Assembly: GCA_943788855.1 (NCBI GenBank)
Contig: CALSRW010000001.1
Location: forward strand, 713,529 to 777,528
Source of the DNA: an uncultured Flavobacteriales bacterium
GTDB lineage: Bacteria; Bacteroidota; Bacteroidia; Flavobacteriales_D; Crocinitomicaceae
Direction: 5' to 3'
DNA length: 64,000 bases
Shown here in pieces: positions 19,117 to 30,067 of the stretch. Under the pieces are notes generated by a model that saw nothing but the letters and a program-made list of their open reading frames with translations, did no database searches and was not told the origin of the DNA. Each line of letters opens with the position of its first letter. The first letter of the stretch is position 1. The position numbers and the translations under genes were made by a program.

Positions 19117-20769
19117 GTGAACCTAGAACAGTTTTTTACATCCTTAAACACGGAAAAAGACAAGCTCCCTATTCCAAAAAGTTTTAACTATCCTTTTAAT
19201 CACGAACCAAACGAGATTTCATTATTCGCGGCATCAATACTAAAAAACAAGCTCCAAAAAAACGAGGTGAACCACAACTTTGATGCTCTTGGAAAAATGT
19301 TTGGTGTTCTTGTGGTTGAGGAACCTAGCGGCTCCTTTGGGTTTTTAAAAGCTTTTTCAGGTAAGCTAGACAATAATCTCAAACCGAAGGGTTTTGTTCC
19401 TCACCTTTTTGATGTTCATGATGAAAAATGTTTTTTTAAAATTGGGGAAAAACAAATAGACATTCTAACAGAAGAGGTCAACCAGCTTCAATCGGCTGAA
19501 GATTACCTGTCTCTAAAAAAAACTCTTTTTGACTTCCGAAAAAAATCTGAAGAAACGGTTATAGAAATGAAAAAACAACTTAGACTCGGAAAAGAAAAAA
19601 GAAGAAAGGAACGGTTAAAACAAAAAGAAATATTATCGACTAAAGATTTCTTTATCTTAAATGAAAAGCTAAACGAGCAAAGTAAAAGTGACCAGCTGTC
19701 TTTTAAAAAAGAAAAAAAAGCATTCAAAAAAAAGCGCCTACTTATCGAAGATGCGCTCAAAACAGAAGAGTATAAAATCATCGCTAAAAAACAAGAAAGA
19801 AAAAACCTCTCTTCAAGTTTACAAACAAAACTATTTGAAAGTTATTCTTTTTTAAGCGCGAAACGGGAACAAAAAAACCTAATAGAGTTGTTTGAAGAAA
19901 CCGCCTTCAAGCTTCCTCCTTCAGGTGCTGGAGAGTGCTGTGCACCAAGGTTATTACAATTCGCTTATTCGAACCACTTAAAACCCATATGCTTTACAGA
20001 GTTTTGGTGGGGAGCATCTCCTAGTTCTGAAATACGATCTCATAATCAACACTACCCCGCTTGTCGTGGAAAGTGCGGGCCAATACTCAAACACATGCTT
20101 CAAGGTCTTTCAGTTGATGCGGATCCTTTAACGCCCACAAGTGAAATTGAAAAGGTTGTTGTGCTGTACGAAGATGAAGATATTATTGCTGTTGAAAAGC
20201 CTGCAAATATTTTGTCCGTTCCGGGAAAAGAAATTACCTATTCTTTGTCCAGTATCATTCAAAAACAATTTCCCAATATTGAAGGGCCAGGACTGGTTCA
20301 TCGTCTTGACTATGAAACCTCTGGGGTGGTTCTTGTTGCTAAATCACTTACTGTTTATAAATCACTTCAGGCTCAATTTACTTCTCGAACGATCAAAAAA
20401 AAATATATTGCAATTTTACAAGTCCCTATTACAAATGAGCGTGGTACGATTTCACTTCCTTTGAGGTCTGACGTTATTAATCGTCCAAGACAGTTGGTGT
20501 GTTTTGATTATGGAAAACAAGCGACCACTGAATATCGTCAAGTTAAATTTGATGAAACTGGTATTCGTATTGAGTTTCATCCAATTACTGGACGCACTCA
20601 TCAATTGAGGGTTCATGCCGCACACAAATTGGGGTTAAACAGCCCCATTAAGGGAGATCGCTTATATGGAACAACGGATAGGCGATTGTTTCTTCATGCA
20701 GAAAAAATTGTTTTTCAGCACCCTGTGTCTGGAAAAATCACGGAAGTCGTTTCTTCTGTTCCATTTTAA
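19117..20769 (+). CDS. RluA-family pseudouridine synthase with a ~340-aa Cys-containing N-terminal extension
   Basis: The C-terminal half has HRLDYETSGVVLVAKS and GRTHQLRVHAAH. The N-terminal half has GKMFGVLVV, GAGECCAPRLLQFAY and PACRGKCGPIL around a K/E-rich insert. GTG start. Confidence 0.75.
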   Translation: MNLEQFFTSLNTEKDKLPIPKSFNYPFNHEPNEISLFAASILKNKLQKNEVNHNFDALGKMFGVLVVEEPSGSFGFLKAFSGKLDNNLKPKGFVPHLFDVHDEKCFFKIGEKQIDILTEEVNQLQSAEDYLSLKKTLFDFRKKSEETVIEMKKQLRLGKEKRRKERLKQKEILSTKDFFILNEKLNEQSKSDQLSFKKEKKAFKKKRLLIEDALKTEEYKIIAKKQERKNLSSSLQTKLFESYSFLSAKREQKNLIELFEETAFKLPPSGAGECCAPRLLQFAYSNHLKPICFTEFWWGASPSSEIRSHNQHYPACRGKCGPILKHMLQGLSVDADPLTPTSEIEKVVVLYEDEDIIAVEKPANILSVPGKEITYSLSSIIQKQFPNIEGPGLVHRLDYETSGVVLVAKSLTVYKSLQAQFTSRTIKKKYIAILQVPITNERGTISLPLRSDVINRPRQLVCFDYGKQATTEYRQVKFDETGIRIEFHPITGRTHQLRVHAAHKLGLNSPIKGDRLYGTTDRRLFLHAEKIVFQHPVSGKITEVVSSVPF

Positions 20770-22691
20770 TTATCCGATGGCTCTATCCAGTCTCCGTTAT
20801 CTTTGATTAATTCAACCAACGCTTCCACGGCTTCGGTTTCTTGTATGTTTTTTTTGACTACTGTTTTTTCCTTGTAAAGATTGATTTTTCCAGGTCCCGT
20901 GCCGACGTATCCATAATCAGCATCCGCCATTTCTCCTGGACCATTTACAATACATCCCATAATACCTATTTTCAAGCCCTTTAAGTGATCTGTTCTGGCC
21001 CTGATTTTAGCCGTTGTTTCTTGGAGATCAAATAACGTTCTTCCACAAGAAGGACAAGAGATGTATTCCGTTTTTGAAATTCTTGTTCTTGTGGCCTGAA
21101 GAATACCAAACGAGGTTGTGTTGATTAATACATTGGAATGTTTTGCTTGTAACCAAATCCCGTCACCAAAACCGTCAATGAGCATTGAACCCGAATCGAT
21201 TGAGCTATACAACTGAAAAGTTTCTGCGTCTTTCTCTTCAGACGAGACCTTTAATACGACCGGATTCGTTATTAAGATTTCGTGCATCCTCATGTAAAGA
21301 CTTCTGAATAACTGTGTTTTGTTATCGAAATCCGTTTCAACAATTAAGACCGCGTTGGGGTAGTTTGAAATTGATGGTGAAACGGGCTCTTCCGCCTTAA
21401 TCGTTAGAAAGAACACTTGGTTGAAGTCCAACTCAGACAGGTTACCCATATCAACGATCGGATAAAACCGTTCTTTCTCTGAATAGTTTTCTTTCCAATT
21501 GCTGTAATCACAAACAGCCGCTAATGTTCCTGGTATTTCAAATGAAATCGCTTTTTCTCCGATATAAACATAATCTGCTGCTTGGTCCATTATGTGCCAC
21601 TTATCGAGCTTTACAGAGTAGTTGTATCCAAAACTAAAGAGGTTGGCGGGAGTAATTTTATCTTTATTTGATAAGTCTGAAAAAACCACAGGGACATTTG
21701 ATCCACCTATATTTAAAATAGAATGCGCCTCTCTTTTTTTGTATGAAAAAGGATTATAAACCTCGCTATTCTTACAATCAGGAAGCTTGAGCGCGTTTTG
21801 ATTGTTATATTTTGCGATTATTTTTTGTGCTACAGGAATTTCTGCCTCAGGTTCTTCAGTGAGCGAAACCCTAATCGTATCACCTATTCCATCTTCCAGC
21901 AAACAACCTATACCAACAGCTGATTTAATTCTTCCATCTTCTCCATCTCCTGCCTCGGTTACCCCAAGGTGTGTTGGATAACAGTGTTTGTTTTCCAACA
22001 TACTTGCCGTTAAAAGCCTATACGCCTGAACCATTACCAAAGTATTACTTGCCTTCATTGAAATGACAAGGTCAAAGTATTCATTCTTTTCACATATTCG
22101 AATAAACTCCATTGCAGACTCCACCATTCCTTCTGGCGTATCTCCGTATCTGCTTAAAATCCGATCTGATAAAGAGCCGTGATTGGTTCCTATTCTCATA
22201 GCCGTTTTATGCTCTTTACATAATAAAACAAGAGGGGTGAATTTTTTTTCTATTCTTTCGAGCTCTGCCTGATAGCTTTCATGTGTATACTCAATTTCTT
22301 CAAACTTTTTCTTATCCGCATAGTTTCCTGGGTTGACGCGCACCTTTTCGACTATTCTGCTCGCAATCTCTGCCGCATTTGGTGTAAAATGAATGTCGGC
22401 AACCAGAGGGGTCCTGAATCCTTTTTTCCTAATCTGATTTTTTATTGGCTCTAGGTTTTCTGCTTCGTTTTTACTTGGTGCAGTTAACCTTACCAATTCG
22501 CTTCCTGCTTCAATCATTCGTATTGACTGGGCAACAGATTTTTCGGTATCCATCGTGTCTGTCGTAGTCATAGACTGAACTCGTATGCTGTTTTCTGCTC
22601 CTAAAGGAAGGTCTCCGATAAAAACTTCTTTAGTAACAAGACGTGACCTGTTTAATAAGTCCAAGCAATATTGTTTTTTTCTTTCTAACAT
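20766..22691 (-). CDS. ispG: 4-hydroxy-3-methylbut-2-enyl diphosphate synthase (long, insert-containing form)
   Basis: SIRVQSMTTTDT, VRLTAP and RINPGN-like motifs in the N-terminal TIM barrel. The C-terminal cluster region reads ISCPSCGRT...GCIVNGPGE. The ~640-aa length fits the Bacteroidota/plant type. Confidence 0.85.
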   Translation of the reverse strand: MLERKKQYCLDLLNRSRLVTKEVFIGDLPLGAENSIRVQSMTTTDTMDTEKSVAQSIRMIEAGSELVRLTAPSKNEAENLEPIKNQIRKKGFRTPLVADIHFTPNAAEIASRIVEKVRVNPGNYADKKKFEEIEYTHESYQAELERIEKKFTPLVLLCKEHKTAMRIGTNHGSLSDRILSRYGDTPEGMVESAMEFIRICEKNEYFDLVISMKASNTLVMVQAYRLLTASMLENKHCYPTHLGVTEAGDGEDGRIKSAVGIGCLLEDGIGDTIRVSLTEEPEAEIPVAQKIIAKYNNQNALKLPDCKNSEVYNPFSYKKREAHSILNIGGSNVPVVFSDLSNKDKITPANLFSFGYNYSVKLDKWHIMDQAADYVYIGEKAISFEIPGTLAAVCDYSNWKENYSEKERFYPIVDMGNLSELDFNQVFFLTIKAEEPVSPSISNYPNAVLIVETDFDNKTQLFRSLYMRMHEILITNPVVLKVSSEEKDAETFQLYSSIDSGSMLIDGFGDGIWLQAKHSNVLINTTSFGILQATRTRISKTEYISCPSCGRTLFDLQETTAKIRARTDHLKGLKIGIMGCIVNGPGEMADADYGYVGTGPGKINLYKEKTVVKKNIQETEAVEALVELIKDNGDWIEPSDN

Positions 22692-22772
22692 TTGTTCTCA
22701 ATAATCAATATTTCAACAAAAATAATATTTGTTTGTTCCTACATTCTTCTTCTTCAGGATTGTCATTATCCG

Positions 22773-25700
22773 TTAGTTTAAGGGTAGCTTAAAGGTGAAC
22801 ACGCTTCCCTTGTCTTCTTCTGAGTTGTACCAAATTTCACCACTGTGGTTTTCAATAATCTGTTTCACCAAAGAAAGGCCTATACCGCTTCCTGTTGATT
22901 TCGTAGTAAAATGAGGAATAAATATCTTTTCCTTGTCCAATTCTTTTATGCCCACCCCGTTATCTGATACACGAACAATAACGCTCTCTTTCTCTGCTTT
23001 GCATGAGATTGAAATCTCTCCTTTTTCTTTACCGTATAAGGCTTGTATTGAATTCTTGATAAGTTGTTAAGCACTTGAATTATTTGTGCTTTATCTATGA
23101 GAACATCGACCTTTTTATTTTCAATATCCAACACTATGGAGTAATTTTCTCTTTCTTCATAAACAACCACTGTGCTTTTGATAATCGCAACCAAGTCTTG
23201 ATTTTCTTTAAGGGGTTGAGGCATTCTTGCAAAATTCGAAAACTCATTTGCAATTCTTGCTAAGCCATCAATTTGTTCAATAATAGAATCAACCACTTTT
23301 TTAATTCGTTCAGTAGATTCTTTTGGTTTTTTAGGGTCGTACACCCTCAGTAAGTGTTGCACGCTTAGCTTCATTGGAGTTAGTGGGTTTTTTATTTCGT
23401 GGGCAACTTGTCTTGCCATTTCTCTCCAAGCCGTTTCTCTTTCTGTTCTTGTTAGTTTATCTGCTGAACGTTCTAGCTCCTCTATTTTTTGATTATACGC
23501 CTTAACGATTAGTCCAATTTCATCATTGGCTGTATAGTCTATCTTTTCGTTTTTTGAGCCCAGTTTTAACCTTGACAAGTTTTCTTGAAGAATTTGTAAT
23601 GGTCGAGTAAGCCAATTAGAAATAACCAAAGAGAGAATAATAGATAGCGCTAAGAGAAACATAAAAACATTTATAATTGCAACTAAAAAAGCCTGTATTT
23701 GATTTTCGTAATCTTCTTGTTGACCAAAATGCTGAAGATTTATAAACCCAATTGTTTTTCCTTGCTTATTCATTATTGGTTTGTAAGAAGAGGTATAAAC
23801 AAGACTTCCTATATTTTCTTTTTGAGCATAATTTATTTTCTCTCGTTTTTTTAAGCTTTCGATCGCGATGGGATTGATTTGTTCACTTAAAAGTCCTGCG
23901 TTAAAAACTTTCTGTCGAGAAGATGAAATTAAAAAACCTTTTTCGTCGTAAATATTAATGTCTGTTAAAAACACCCGAGAAAGCTTACTTAGTGTTTTTT
24001 CTAAAAAATCCCCATCAACAATAATGTCGATTTTATCCATTTTTGCGGCTTTGTTTTTTAGCTCTTCAGAAACAGATTCAAGTTTTTCATTGATTACCCT
24101 TTTATTATAGTTGGTGTATTGGTTTTTAACAAATAAACCGCTTCCTGCACCAAATAAAAACAAAGACAAAACAACCATTGAAACCAATATGGCTTGAATT
24201 TTAAAAGCCAATGAAATGGTTTTTGATACTCTCGGATTCATTCCTCTCGAAAACAACAAGAAAGTCAACCTCAATAGCCCCATTACACAAAAGATATAAG
24301 CATAAGGGGTAAACACGGCTAATCCTTGTGGTTTCTTTTTTGATAGAACCACCGCGCTTTCATAAGGCCCTTTCAAAACATAATGAGATTGACCGTCAAA
24401 TGAGTGTATGTTATTAATTGTATCCGTGTATGAGTTTAAATAAACCGGGTAACTATAAGCACCAAAAGACCTTCTCAGTTTTCCTTTTTTGTACTTGGCT
24501 ATTGAGTATTTCTTTAAATAATCCAAGGTGTTGGCTTTATTTGAAATTAACAGTCTAGGAAAACCTATTTCTTCGGGAATTAATTTTGATTTTAAAGAGA
24601 TAAAAAGGACCCCTGCTGTTTCTTTATTGTTCTCTTTCTTTATCTCTTGTTTTATAACATAATTTATCCCAGATGTAGCATCTGGGATAAAATAAACATT
24701 GGGATTAATTTCTGGTGTTTTTCCTTTTTCGGCAATGAGCTGTACCCAGCCCGAATAATCCTGACTTTCATTAACGACCACCGTGTTTTTCAATGAGTCA
24801 AAAAGATTAAAACTCATTTCATATCCTTCCCAAAACCCATTAAAATACTTGTTTTCCATAGCGTTTGAAAACTTGGAAGGAGTAAGGTTTTCTTGTTTTC
24901 CAGAAATGATTTTAATGAGATAGTTGGATTGCTTTATTTTGTCAGAAAGAGAAAGGTAGTTTAGTTCCAATTGAACATCTCGCTCTGAAATAATTTTTTT
25001 TGCCAGCACTTTTCTCGATTGAATGTCTTTTTTGATGTTGAAAACAGTTAACAATGAAACCATTGCAGAGGTGAGTATAATCGTGCTAAACACAGACCTT
25101 AAAAGTCTTTGTTTAAATGATGTTTTATTTAAAAAAACGAGATTTGTTATTGCCAAAGAGATCGGCAAAGCCATTGAAAAAGTGGTGTCCTCTAGAATAA
25201 ATAGTTCAAGAAGGAAAAACACCGAGCATAAAAGAAACATGAGGCCTACGGCTCTTCCTTTTGAATCCCTTAACAGGCTATTGAATATGGTTCTAAACAG
25301 AACATTATACGATAAAAAAAGCAATACAAAGAGAGCTATTAATCCATATGAATAAGGTTTCAGTTCAAATAAATTATCTAAACCTATTGGAACACTTGAA
25401 TGATTCAAAACAAAGGGTATTATTCCTTCAACAAACCACCAAACTCCAATGAGAACAAACGGCTTCCATAATAAGCCTTTTTTATTTTTAATTATTGGTA
25501 AATATGATATTCCTAATAAAATAAAAGCCAATGAAGGAATTATAACCCCCATCGTAAACAGGTTTGGAATAAACTCGTTGTAGGCAAACAACTTTGGTGA
25601 TAAAAGCTTGGAGGAAATAAGACCCGAAATACTTATAAAGTATAGAGAAAGAAGCCAGAGGCCTATTCCATATGATCGGTTTTTTATCGAATTAATGGTA

Positions 25701-26326
25701 AGTACTAAAAAGAGTATTAGTACCCATGATAATCCAGCAAACAAGAGTAGATATCCATTTGTACTTTTGTTTACTTCTTTGGTTATTACATACGAAAAGC
25801 AGTATTTCCCTTCTTTGTTTCGTATTATTGATCCTTCTTGCTCGTCTAAGGAAAGCTTAAAGTTTTTAGTGGTTATGTTTGGGTTGGCCTCATTTCTCAA
25901 ATATTCATTTTCATATTGAAAGCTTCTTTTAATCAGAAATGATGCTACCGCAACGGTGTTTCCCCTTTTTCTTTGAACTGAATAATACCAGCCGTTTTTT
26001 AAATGTACCAATCCGGAAGAAGGAAACTTTAATGAGCTCAGCCTGGGTACTGGCATTTTATTTGTGTTCCAATACTTTAAGGAGTCGTTTTTGTAAAGGT
26101 GAAGAAAAACAGGTTTTTTTTCGTCTTTTGTGTTTGATTTATCGTTGAGTAAGTTCTCTGCCGCTGTTTCGGCTTTTGTTTCATAAGATAAAAAGTTCTT
26201 TTGTATCTCTTCTTCAAGTCCTTCATTTCCATCAGAAAAAAAATAAGCACTTAGGCTTATAAGTCCACAAATCAAGACGCCAGATATTAGCCATATTCTT
26301 ACTCTTGATATGTTTTTAAACTTCAT
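22773..26326 (-). pseudogene. Large multi-TM sensor histidine kinase, frameshifted in the ATP-binding N-box
   Basis: H-box AHEIKNPLTP sits in the 1126-aa ORF. The G-box piece GIKELDKEKIFIPHFTTKSTGSGIGL is in the separate 60-aa ORF. Reading one base back at 23058-23062 (minus strand ..AAC AAC TTA|ATC AAG AAT) restores VLNNLIKNSIQALYGKEKGEISISCKAEKESVIVRVSDNGVGI. Confidence 0.8.
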
Positions 26327-26985
26327 TTTATCGTCATGGGTTTTTTAGACAAGGACTCTATTAAGGAAAGAAAGTCTTTTTCAAAGTTTTTGTCATTTCT
26401 ATAAACAAAAGAAGCTTCTTTTTTAAAGGGGTGAATATAGTTTTGATAACATGGCGTAACATGGTTTTTCCATTGGTATACGATATCACTTACGTCGTAC
26501 CCCCTACTTTCCTGGTCTCGATATATACGTCGATCAAGCTGTGTTTCCATGTCCACATCAACAAAAACAGAAAAGTCTAGAGCTTCAAATACCTCTGTGT
26601 AATGAAACAAAAAAAGGCCCTCTACTATTATTATTTTTTTTGGTGCTATTGTGAGCATTACATTCTTGTTTGGGGGAGAGTTAAAAAAATACTCTTTGAC
26701 TTGTATTTCTTGCCCTCCTAATAATTTTTTAAGATCATTAACCAAAGCTGCTTTATTTAAGGCTGTTGGTAAATCAAAGTTCACGACACCGTTTTGGTCT
26801 TTTGCCTGTTGCTCAATAGGAAAGTAGTAATTATCCATTGTAAAAACAGAAACAGAGTCTGGTCCATAATGAGAAGAAATTTTCTTTAAAAGCGTTGTTT
26901 TTCCTGAACCGCTGCCCCCACATATACCAATAACAAAAGGTTTCTTCATATCAAAACTGGTTATATCACAAATATATGGATTCAT
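26323..26985 (-). CDS. udk: Uridine kinase
   Basis: P-loop GICGGSGSGKTT and the NYYF and FDLPTAL regions. The start may instead be the internal MKKPF at 26949. A 4-nt overlap links it to the downstream kinase gene. Confidence 0.75.
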   Translation of the reverse strand: MNPYICDITSFDMKKPFVIGICGGSGSGKTTLLKKISSHYGPDSVSVFTMDNYYFPIEQQAKDQNGVVNFDLPTALNKAALVNDLKKLLGGQEIQVKEYFFNSPPNKNVMLTIAPKKIIIVEGLFLFHYTEVFEALDFSVFVDVDMETQLDRRIYRDQESRGYDVSDIVYQWKNHVTPCYQNYIHPFKKEASFVYRNDKNFEKDFLSLIESLSKKPMTIK

Positions 26986-27060
26986 TGTGGATTCTTTTTG
27001 TTGCTTTTTTTAATATTAATACAAAAAGTCATAACTTGCAGATACTAACCATTCTTCTTC

Positions 27061-27690
27061 ATGATGATAAAGTTTTCACTTGTTTTTTTTCTTTTGTTTT
27101 CATTTTCTATGGCTAATAGCCAAATTCCTGTTGGGACTATCATTAAACCAGGGGTTGGCTTAATGAAAAACGCTAACGGAGAGCCTTCTAATATAAAGAA
27201 TGAAAATAAAAACAACGGTGTAATCGTTGTGTTTAGCTGTAATACTTGTCCTTTTGTTGTTGGGTCCTCTCATTTTCCTGGTTGGGAAAACCAATACAAC
27301 AATCTCTTTTCTATCGCTAATGACAATGAGATTGGTTTTGTGTTAATAAACTCCAATGAAGCAAAAAGGAAAGGGGATGACTCTTATGATAAAATGATTG
27401 ATCGCGTTAAAGATCAGAAGTATTCAATGTCTTACTTATTAGACGAAAAGTCAACTTTAGCTAATTCGTTAAGAGCGAAAACAACACCTCATGTATTTTT
27501 CTTTGATGGGTCTTTTCGTTTAATCTATTCTGGTTCTATTGATAATCTTTGGGATGGTAAAAGAAAAAAAGACGTTCCTTTCTTAAAAAATGCAATCACT
27601 TCGCATTTAAAAAACAAAAAGATTAAACCTAAAGATACCCCTCCTAAAGGGTGTAGTATAAAAAGAGCTAAAAAACAATCTAACCAATAA
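27061..27690 (+). CDS. Thioredoxin-fold (redoxin/AhpC-TSA-like) secreted protein
   Basis: Signal peptide, the CNTC (CxxC) motif in VVFSCNTCPFV, and TTPHVFFFD, typical of a redoxin fold. Confidence 0.55.
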   Translation: MMIKFSLVFFLLFSFSMANSQIPVGTIIKPGVGLMKNANGEPSNIKNENKNNGVIVVFSCNTCPFVVGSSHFPGWENQYNNLFSIANDNEIGFVLINSNEAKRKGDDSYDKMIDRVKDQKYSMSYLLDEKSTLANSLRAKTTPHVFFFDGSFRLIYSGSIDNLWDGKRKKDVPFLKNAITSHLKNKKIKPKDTPPKGCSIKRAKKQSNQ

Positions 27691-27714
27691 TACCGTTATT
27701 AAAACAAAACAACA

Positions 27715-30057
27715 ATGAAAAACTTTCAACTGACCTATCTATTTCTTTTATTCCTCTCGCCTTTTGCCTTTTATTCTCAAATTCAAGGAGATGGGGGTGT
27801 TCCAAAAACGTTTAAATCTATTAAAGATTACAAAACCATCGATACTTGGGTGTTTTCAACTCCAGACCTTGCTTCATTAAAACAAGAAGATGCGGTTTAT
27901 GACGATGCTGGTGATCGTCCTTGGAGGTTTGGTCACAACAACTACACAGAGCTTAACCTTGACAACAGTGGTACATGGAAAGAATTTTCCAATGGGGATA
28001 AAATCTGGCAGCTTGTATTGACATGTGAAGAAGCATTAACCGTAAACCTTTCGTTTACAAATACAAGCATTCCTGAAGGAAATGAGCTGTATGTTTACAA
28101 TCCTGAAAAGTCTTTTATTCTCGGTTCATTTAAGCAAAAACACATTTACAACGGGGAGCTTGGAACAGAACTTGTTCCTGGAAACACTGCAATAATTGAA
28201 TATTATGTTCCAAAGTCAAACACTGTTGGCGCTATAAATGTAAACAGCGTAACACACGGTTATAGAACAGCAAACGAGTTTATGCAAAAAGCTTTTGGAA
28301 GCTCTGGGGCTTGTAATATGAATGCAAATTGTCCTGATGGGGCGTCTTGGGTAAATGAAAGAAACAGTGTTGTAATGCTGGTTTCAGGAAATAGTGGCTT
28401 TTGTACAGGCGCTTTAATTAACAACACATTAAACGATGGTAAGCCGTATGTTTTAACAGCAAACCACTGCTACTCTAACCCTGCAAATTGGATCTTTCGA
28501 TTTAATTGGCAATCAGAAAACTGTAACAATCCAGGAAACTCTCCTTCTTTTCTTTCATTGAGCGGAGCAACATTGCGTTCAAGAAGAACACCAACAGACT
28601 TTTGTTTGGTTGAAATAACAGGGGGTTTAACAAACAATACTGTCCCTTCTAATTATAGTCCTTTTTTCGCTGGTTGGGATAATTCTGGAGACATTCCTTC
28701 AACCACAGTGTGCATACACCACCCGAGCGGAGACATTAAAAAAATCGCTTTTGACGATGACGCTGCTACGATTTCTCAGTCAATGGGTTCTTCCGAAGCG
28801 AACTCTACATGGACGGTACAGTGGGACAGAAACACAACCACCGAAGGCGGTTCTTCTGGCTCTCCATTGTTTGACCAAAGTCATAGAATAATTGGTCAAT
28901 TGTGGGGAGGTGGGGCATCATGCAGCAACCTTAATTCTCCTGACTATTATGGTCGGGTATCTAAATCGTGGGAACCCAACGGTAGCGATCAAAGCAATCA
29001 GCTTAAGTATTGGTTAGACCCTAATAACGCAGGCGCTTCTTTTATTGATGGTTTTGACCCTTCTGGCGCTAGCGCTTCCGAGTTTGACGCGGGTGTTTCT
29101 GGTGCTGGGTTGGATGAAACGGCTGTATGTGCAACAGATTATATTCCAAGCTTTACATTGTCAAACCCCGGTTCTCAAACCTTAACCTCGGCGGTTATTA
29201 CTTATGAGGTTGATGGAGGAGCTGCTTCTACCTTCAATTGGAGCGGATCTCTTGCACAATACCAAACGGAAGTTGTATCGCTGCCAGCAGTAACTCTTGC
29301 TGCGGGAAATCATTCTTTAAATATAGAAGTCTCTAGTCCAAATGGAAACCCGGATGAAAATGCAAATAACAATGCCTCTGTCGTAAATATTACAGTTGAT
29401 GCCATTGCTGAAACGGCTTTATATGTTACCGTTTCATTGTTAACCGATGATTATGCAGATGAAACTTATATGGAAATAACGAATGGTACCGGTGATGTTA
29501 TCTGGTCAGAGGGAAACGAAGAGGTTAGTGGAAACTTTGGTACAGGGGACTTTCCTCCCCCTGCTGATCCAACAACACCTCTTGACAACAATACTCAATA
29601 CGATTGGAATGTTCCTTTGAGTTCTCAAGAGTGTTATACTTTTAGTGTGTATGACTATTACGGTGATGGTCTTGGAGCTTCTCAATGGCAAGGGACGGAT
29701 GGAGATCTCAACCTTTTAGATAATGGAGGATCAAACATATATGCTGTTAGTGCTGCAGATTTTGGAGGAGAAGAGGCTTCTACTTTTAGAAACCTTACTG
29801 TTAATGTTAATGCATTAAACTCCACCTCGTTTAATGTTTACCCCAACCCTGCAAAGGAATATATAACATTAGAAACAGATTCAGACGCATCAAGTTTTTT
29901 TACTATTACAGACTTGGTTGGTAAAGTATACTCTTCTGGTTCGGTTCTTTTAAATAAAACGATGATAAACACCTCCACACTATCAAGCGGTTCGTACATT
30001 ATTCGCTTATTAAAAAAAGATGGAGCTGCTGATTATAAAACGTTTGTTGTAAAATAA
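27715..30057 (+). CDS. Secreted trypsin-like (S1, lysyl-endopeptidase-like) serine protease with T9SS type-A sorting domain
   Basis: Catalytic His context LTANHC and Ser context GGSSGSPLF. The C-terminus FNVYPNPAKEYITLETD...GSYIIRL is a por-secretion tail. Confidence 0.75.
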   Translation: MKNFQLTYLFLLFLSPFAFYSQIQGDGGVPKTFKSIKDYKTIDTWVFSTPDLASLKQEDAVYDDAGDRPWRFGHNNYTELNLDNSGTWKEFSNGDKIWQLVLTCEEALTVNLSFTNTSIPEGNELYVYNPEKSFILGSFKQKHIYNGELGTELVPGNTAIIEYYVPKSNTVGAINVNSVTHGYRTANEFMQKAFGSSGACNMNANCPDGASWVNERNSVVMLVSGNSGFCTGALINNTLNDGKPYVLTANHCYSNPANWIFRFNWQSENCNNPGNSPSFLSLSGATLRSRRTPTDFCLVEITGGLTNNTVPSNYSPFFAGWDNSGDIPSTTVCIHHPSGDIKKIAFDDDAATISQSMGSSEANSTWTVQWDRNTTTEGGSSGSPLFDQSHRIIGQLWGGGASCSNLNSPDYYGRVSKSWEPNGSDQSNQLKYWLDPNNAGASFIDGFDPSGASASEFDAGVSGAGLDETAVCATDYIPSFTLSNPGSQTLTSAVITYEVDGGAASTFNWSGSLAQYQTEVVSLPAVTLAAGNHSLNIEVSSPNGNPDENANNNASVVNITVDAIAETALYVTVSLLTDDYADETYMEITNGTGDVIWSEGNEEVSGNFGTGDFPPPADPTTPLDNNTQYDWNVPLSSQECYTFSVYDYYGDGLGASQWQGTDGDLNLLDNGGSNIYAVSAADFGGEEASTFRNLTVNVNALNSTSFNVYPNPAKEYITLETDSDASSFFTITDLVGKVYSSGSVLLNKTMINTSTLSSGSYIIRLLKKDGAADYKTFVVK

Positions 30058-30067
30058 ACTTGAAGAA

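Noticed and set aside
2870-23065. The idea that the three single-base frame breaks (2875-2878, about 4975-4985, 23058-23062) are programmed ribosomal frameshift sites.
   Set aside because: None has an X-XXY-YYZ slippery heptamer, a prfB-like CUU-UGA context, or an obvious downstream stem-loop or pseudoknot. The directions differ (+1, +1, -1), and the gene families are not known to be recoded.
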